A DNA stretch of 64,000 nucleotides from Candidatus Wildermuthbacteria bacterium (GTDB lineage Bacteria > Patescibacteriota > Minisyncoccia > Minisyncoccales > UBA10102), in assembly GCA_016181405.1 (NCBI GenBank), contig JACOZJ010000003.1:176126-240125 (forward strand), given 5' to 3'. The position numbers and the translations under genes are program-made. The notes under the pieces are model-generated. The model made no database searches, had not been told where the DNA came from, and saw nothing but the letters and a program-made list of their open reading frames with translations. Every line of letters starts with the position of its first letter. The stretch's first letter is position 1. This document shows positions 62,312-64,000 of the stretch, piece after piece.

Positions 62312-63811
62312 ATGAAGAACATGCTTTTACAACTTGCCAGCAAAGCAATTTCCACCAAATTCCTGCTTGGAGTATTCGCTTTCTCTCTTCTTGCGCATAT
62401 AATTCTTTTCAACTTCCCAAGCCAAGTGGTGTTCGACGAGATACACTTTGGCACCTTTGTGCGCTCGTACACCACAGGAGAATATTACTTTGATATTCAC
62501 CCTCCGCTCGGCAAACTTCTTATTGCCGGCACTGCTGAACTTGGCGGCATACAGTTGCCTTCTGATCTCACCCGCATAGGTCAGCCGTACGAACCAAAAG
62601 ACCTGTTTTTCCTGCGCATATTTCCCCTTCTCACCGGCATCCTTCTGCCCCTGCTGATTTATCTTCTTGCGCTTGAACTTACCAAATCCACATGGACAGC
62701 TTTTCTTGCCGGCTGCATGGTTGCGTTCGAAAACGCACTTCTCCTCCAGTCGCGTTTTGCGTTTTTAGATATTCCATTGCTTTTCTTTGGATTTGCCGCG
62801 CTTTTTGCTTTTTTGCGCCAAGAACATACGCGCAACATACGGATAAAATTGCTCTTGCTCCTTGCCGCCGGATTTTTATTTGGAGCGAGTTATTCTATTA
62901 AATGGACTGCACTCGCCCTCCTTGTCCCTCTTAGCATTATTGCGCTCTATTCGTTTTGGCAATCGAGATCCTTGAAATGGTTTGCAGTAAAAATCGGAAT
63001 TATCCTTACGGCTTCTCTCGCCGTGTACGTATTAAGCTTTGCAATTCATTTTGCCCTGCTTACTCAACCAGGGCCCGGCGACGCCTTTTTTGAAACTGGC
63101 TTTCGCCAAAAACCATTTTTCGAAAAATTTCTCTCGCTCAACAAAGTGATGTACTCTTCCAACAAGAGCATACAGACGCAACATCCATATCAAAGCTCGT
63201 GGTATCAATGGCCGCTTAACCAGAAACCAATTTTCTATTGGGACTTCATTATGCCAGAATCAGAACGTCAAGAAGCTGCGCAACGTCTCCAAGAACTCAC
63301 TCTGCAATTGCAATCTAACCCACAAAATATCGGGGAAATTTCAGCAGAGATAAGCCACCTGCAAACGGAAATTACTTCCTGGCAGGGGAAACGCCAGATT
63401 TGGCTCCTTGGCAATCCTATCGTGTGGTTTGCGTCACTCCTTTCTCTCGTTGGTGGGATTGTCCTTTTGTTTGCAAAAGTGTTTACAAAAAGGCCGCGCG
63501 ACATTTCTGCCCTACTTCTATTTGTTTTGCTCCTAAGCTGGCTAACCAGCTACGCACCTTTCGCGCTTATCAATCGTCCGCTTTTTCTTTACCACTACTT
63601 CTTCCCTCTGTTGTTTTCTATTCTCCTAGCCTCCTATAGTATTTCCTGGCTTATCAAAAAACTGATACCCAGCCGATATCAGCTCACAACTGTCCTCTTA
63701 TTTTCAGGGATTATAGCGCTGGGTTTTCTGCTTGTCAGCCCTGTGACATACGGCTTAGTCTTCGCCCCCGAAGGATGGTATTCTCAAACTATCCTCAAGC
63801 TATTTCTCTAG
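62312..63811 (+). CDS. Protein O-mannosyltransferase-like (PMT/GT39) glycosyltransferase
   Basis: VFDE.HFG.F, FDIHPPLGK, SRF..LD, HPYQS.W..WP, GNP..W, FLYHY. Confidence 0.9.
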   Translation: MKNMLLQLASKAISTKFLLGVFAFSLLAHIILFNFPSQVVFDEIHFGTFVRSYTTGEYYFDIHPPLGKLLIAGTAELGGIQLPSDLTRIGQPYEPKDLFFLRIFPLLTGILLPLLIYLLALELTKSTWTAFLAGCMVAFENALLLQSRFAFLDIPLLFFGFAALFAFLRQEHTRNIRIKLLLLLAAGFLFGASYSIKWTALALLVPLSIIALYSFWQSRSLKWFAVKIGIILTASLAVYVLSFAIHFALLTQPGPGDAFFETGFRQKPFFEKFLSLNKVMYSSNKSIQTQHPYQSSWYQWPLNQKPIFYWDFIMPESERQEAAQRLQELTLQLQSNPQNIGEISAEISHLQTEITSWQGKRQIWLLGNPIVWFASLLSLVGGIVLLFAKVFTKRPRDISALLLFVLLLSWLTSYAPFALINRPLFLYHYFFPLLFSILLASYSISWLIKKLIPSRYQLTTVLLFSGIIALGFLLVSPVTYGLVFAPEGWYSQTILKLFL

Positions 63812-63858
63812 ATTACCAATCTACCCCACCTCTACGTTCTGTCAATAAAAAAAGAAGG

Positions 63859-63891
63859 GGCCGCGTACACCTAAGCAAGGTGTACGCGGCC
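63859..63891 (-). terminator. Terminator hairpin
   Basis: GGCCGCGTACACCT-aagca-AGGTGTACGCGGCC. Confidence 0.75.
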
Positions 63892-63905
63892 TTGGGTTGA
63901 TCATC

Positions 63906-64000
63906 CTAGACGGCAAACTCCTGCCGAACATACTTCTCGAGTGGCGTCTCCTCGAAGGAGCAGATCAGCCAGAGGCAACCACCCATGTACCCAACCACCA
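63906..64000 (-). CDS. 3' end of an unknown accessory gene continuing beyond the window
   Basis: Open frame VVGYMGGCLWLICSFEETPLEKYVRQEFAV*, followed by a terminator. Confidence 0.45.
   Translation of the reverse strand, partial: VVGYMGGCLWLICSFEETPLEKYVRQEFAV

Overview
A 64 kb chromosomal segment, mostly minus-strand, that reads like a Patescibacteria (CPR, Parcubacteria-type) genome; the taxon is inferred from gene content and style. The housekeeping backbone includes xer, msrAB, uppS, rpmA, pyrG, rplI, ctpA, dinB, hrcA-grpE-dnaK-dnaJ with a CIRCE variant, ftsQ-like, femABX, murF, serS, lysS, greA, mrdA-mreD-mreC, typA, a 23S-5S unit without an adjacent 16S, tRNA-Lys and tRNA-Ala. There are two AT-rich defence-like islands: (i) MTase + ADP-ribosyltransferase-like ORF + MutH/Sau3AI nuclease + HsdS remnant, and (ii) small protein + 781-aa GHKL ATPase + HEPN-like protein next to a NYN gene. 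Five patterns stand out. (1) At least three families of 16-46 bp palindromic elements sit in frame inside about ten conserved proteins, and also in 23S rRNA and at a tRNA 3' end. (2) Accessory genes are bracketed by duplicated sigma70 promoters. (3) A PaaX/Cas2-like gene is flanked by half-copies of a 34-bp palindrome that lies in frame in the next gene. (4) Many solo accessory genes have their own promoter, SD and terminator. (5) The 23S has two apparent deletions, probably assembly artefacts. No CRISPR array or transposase was seen. All family calls come from motif recognition, not from database searches.
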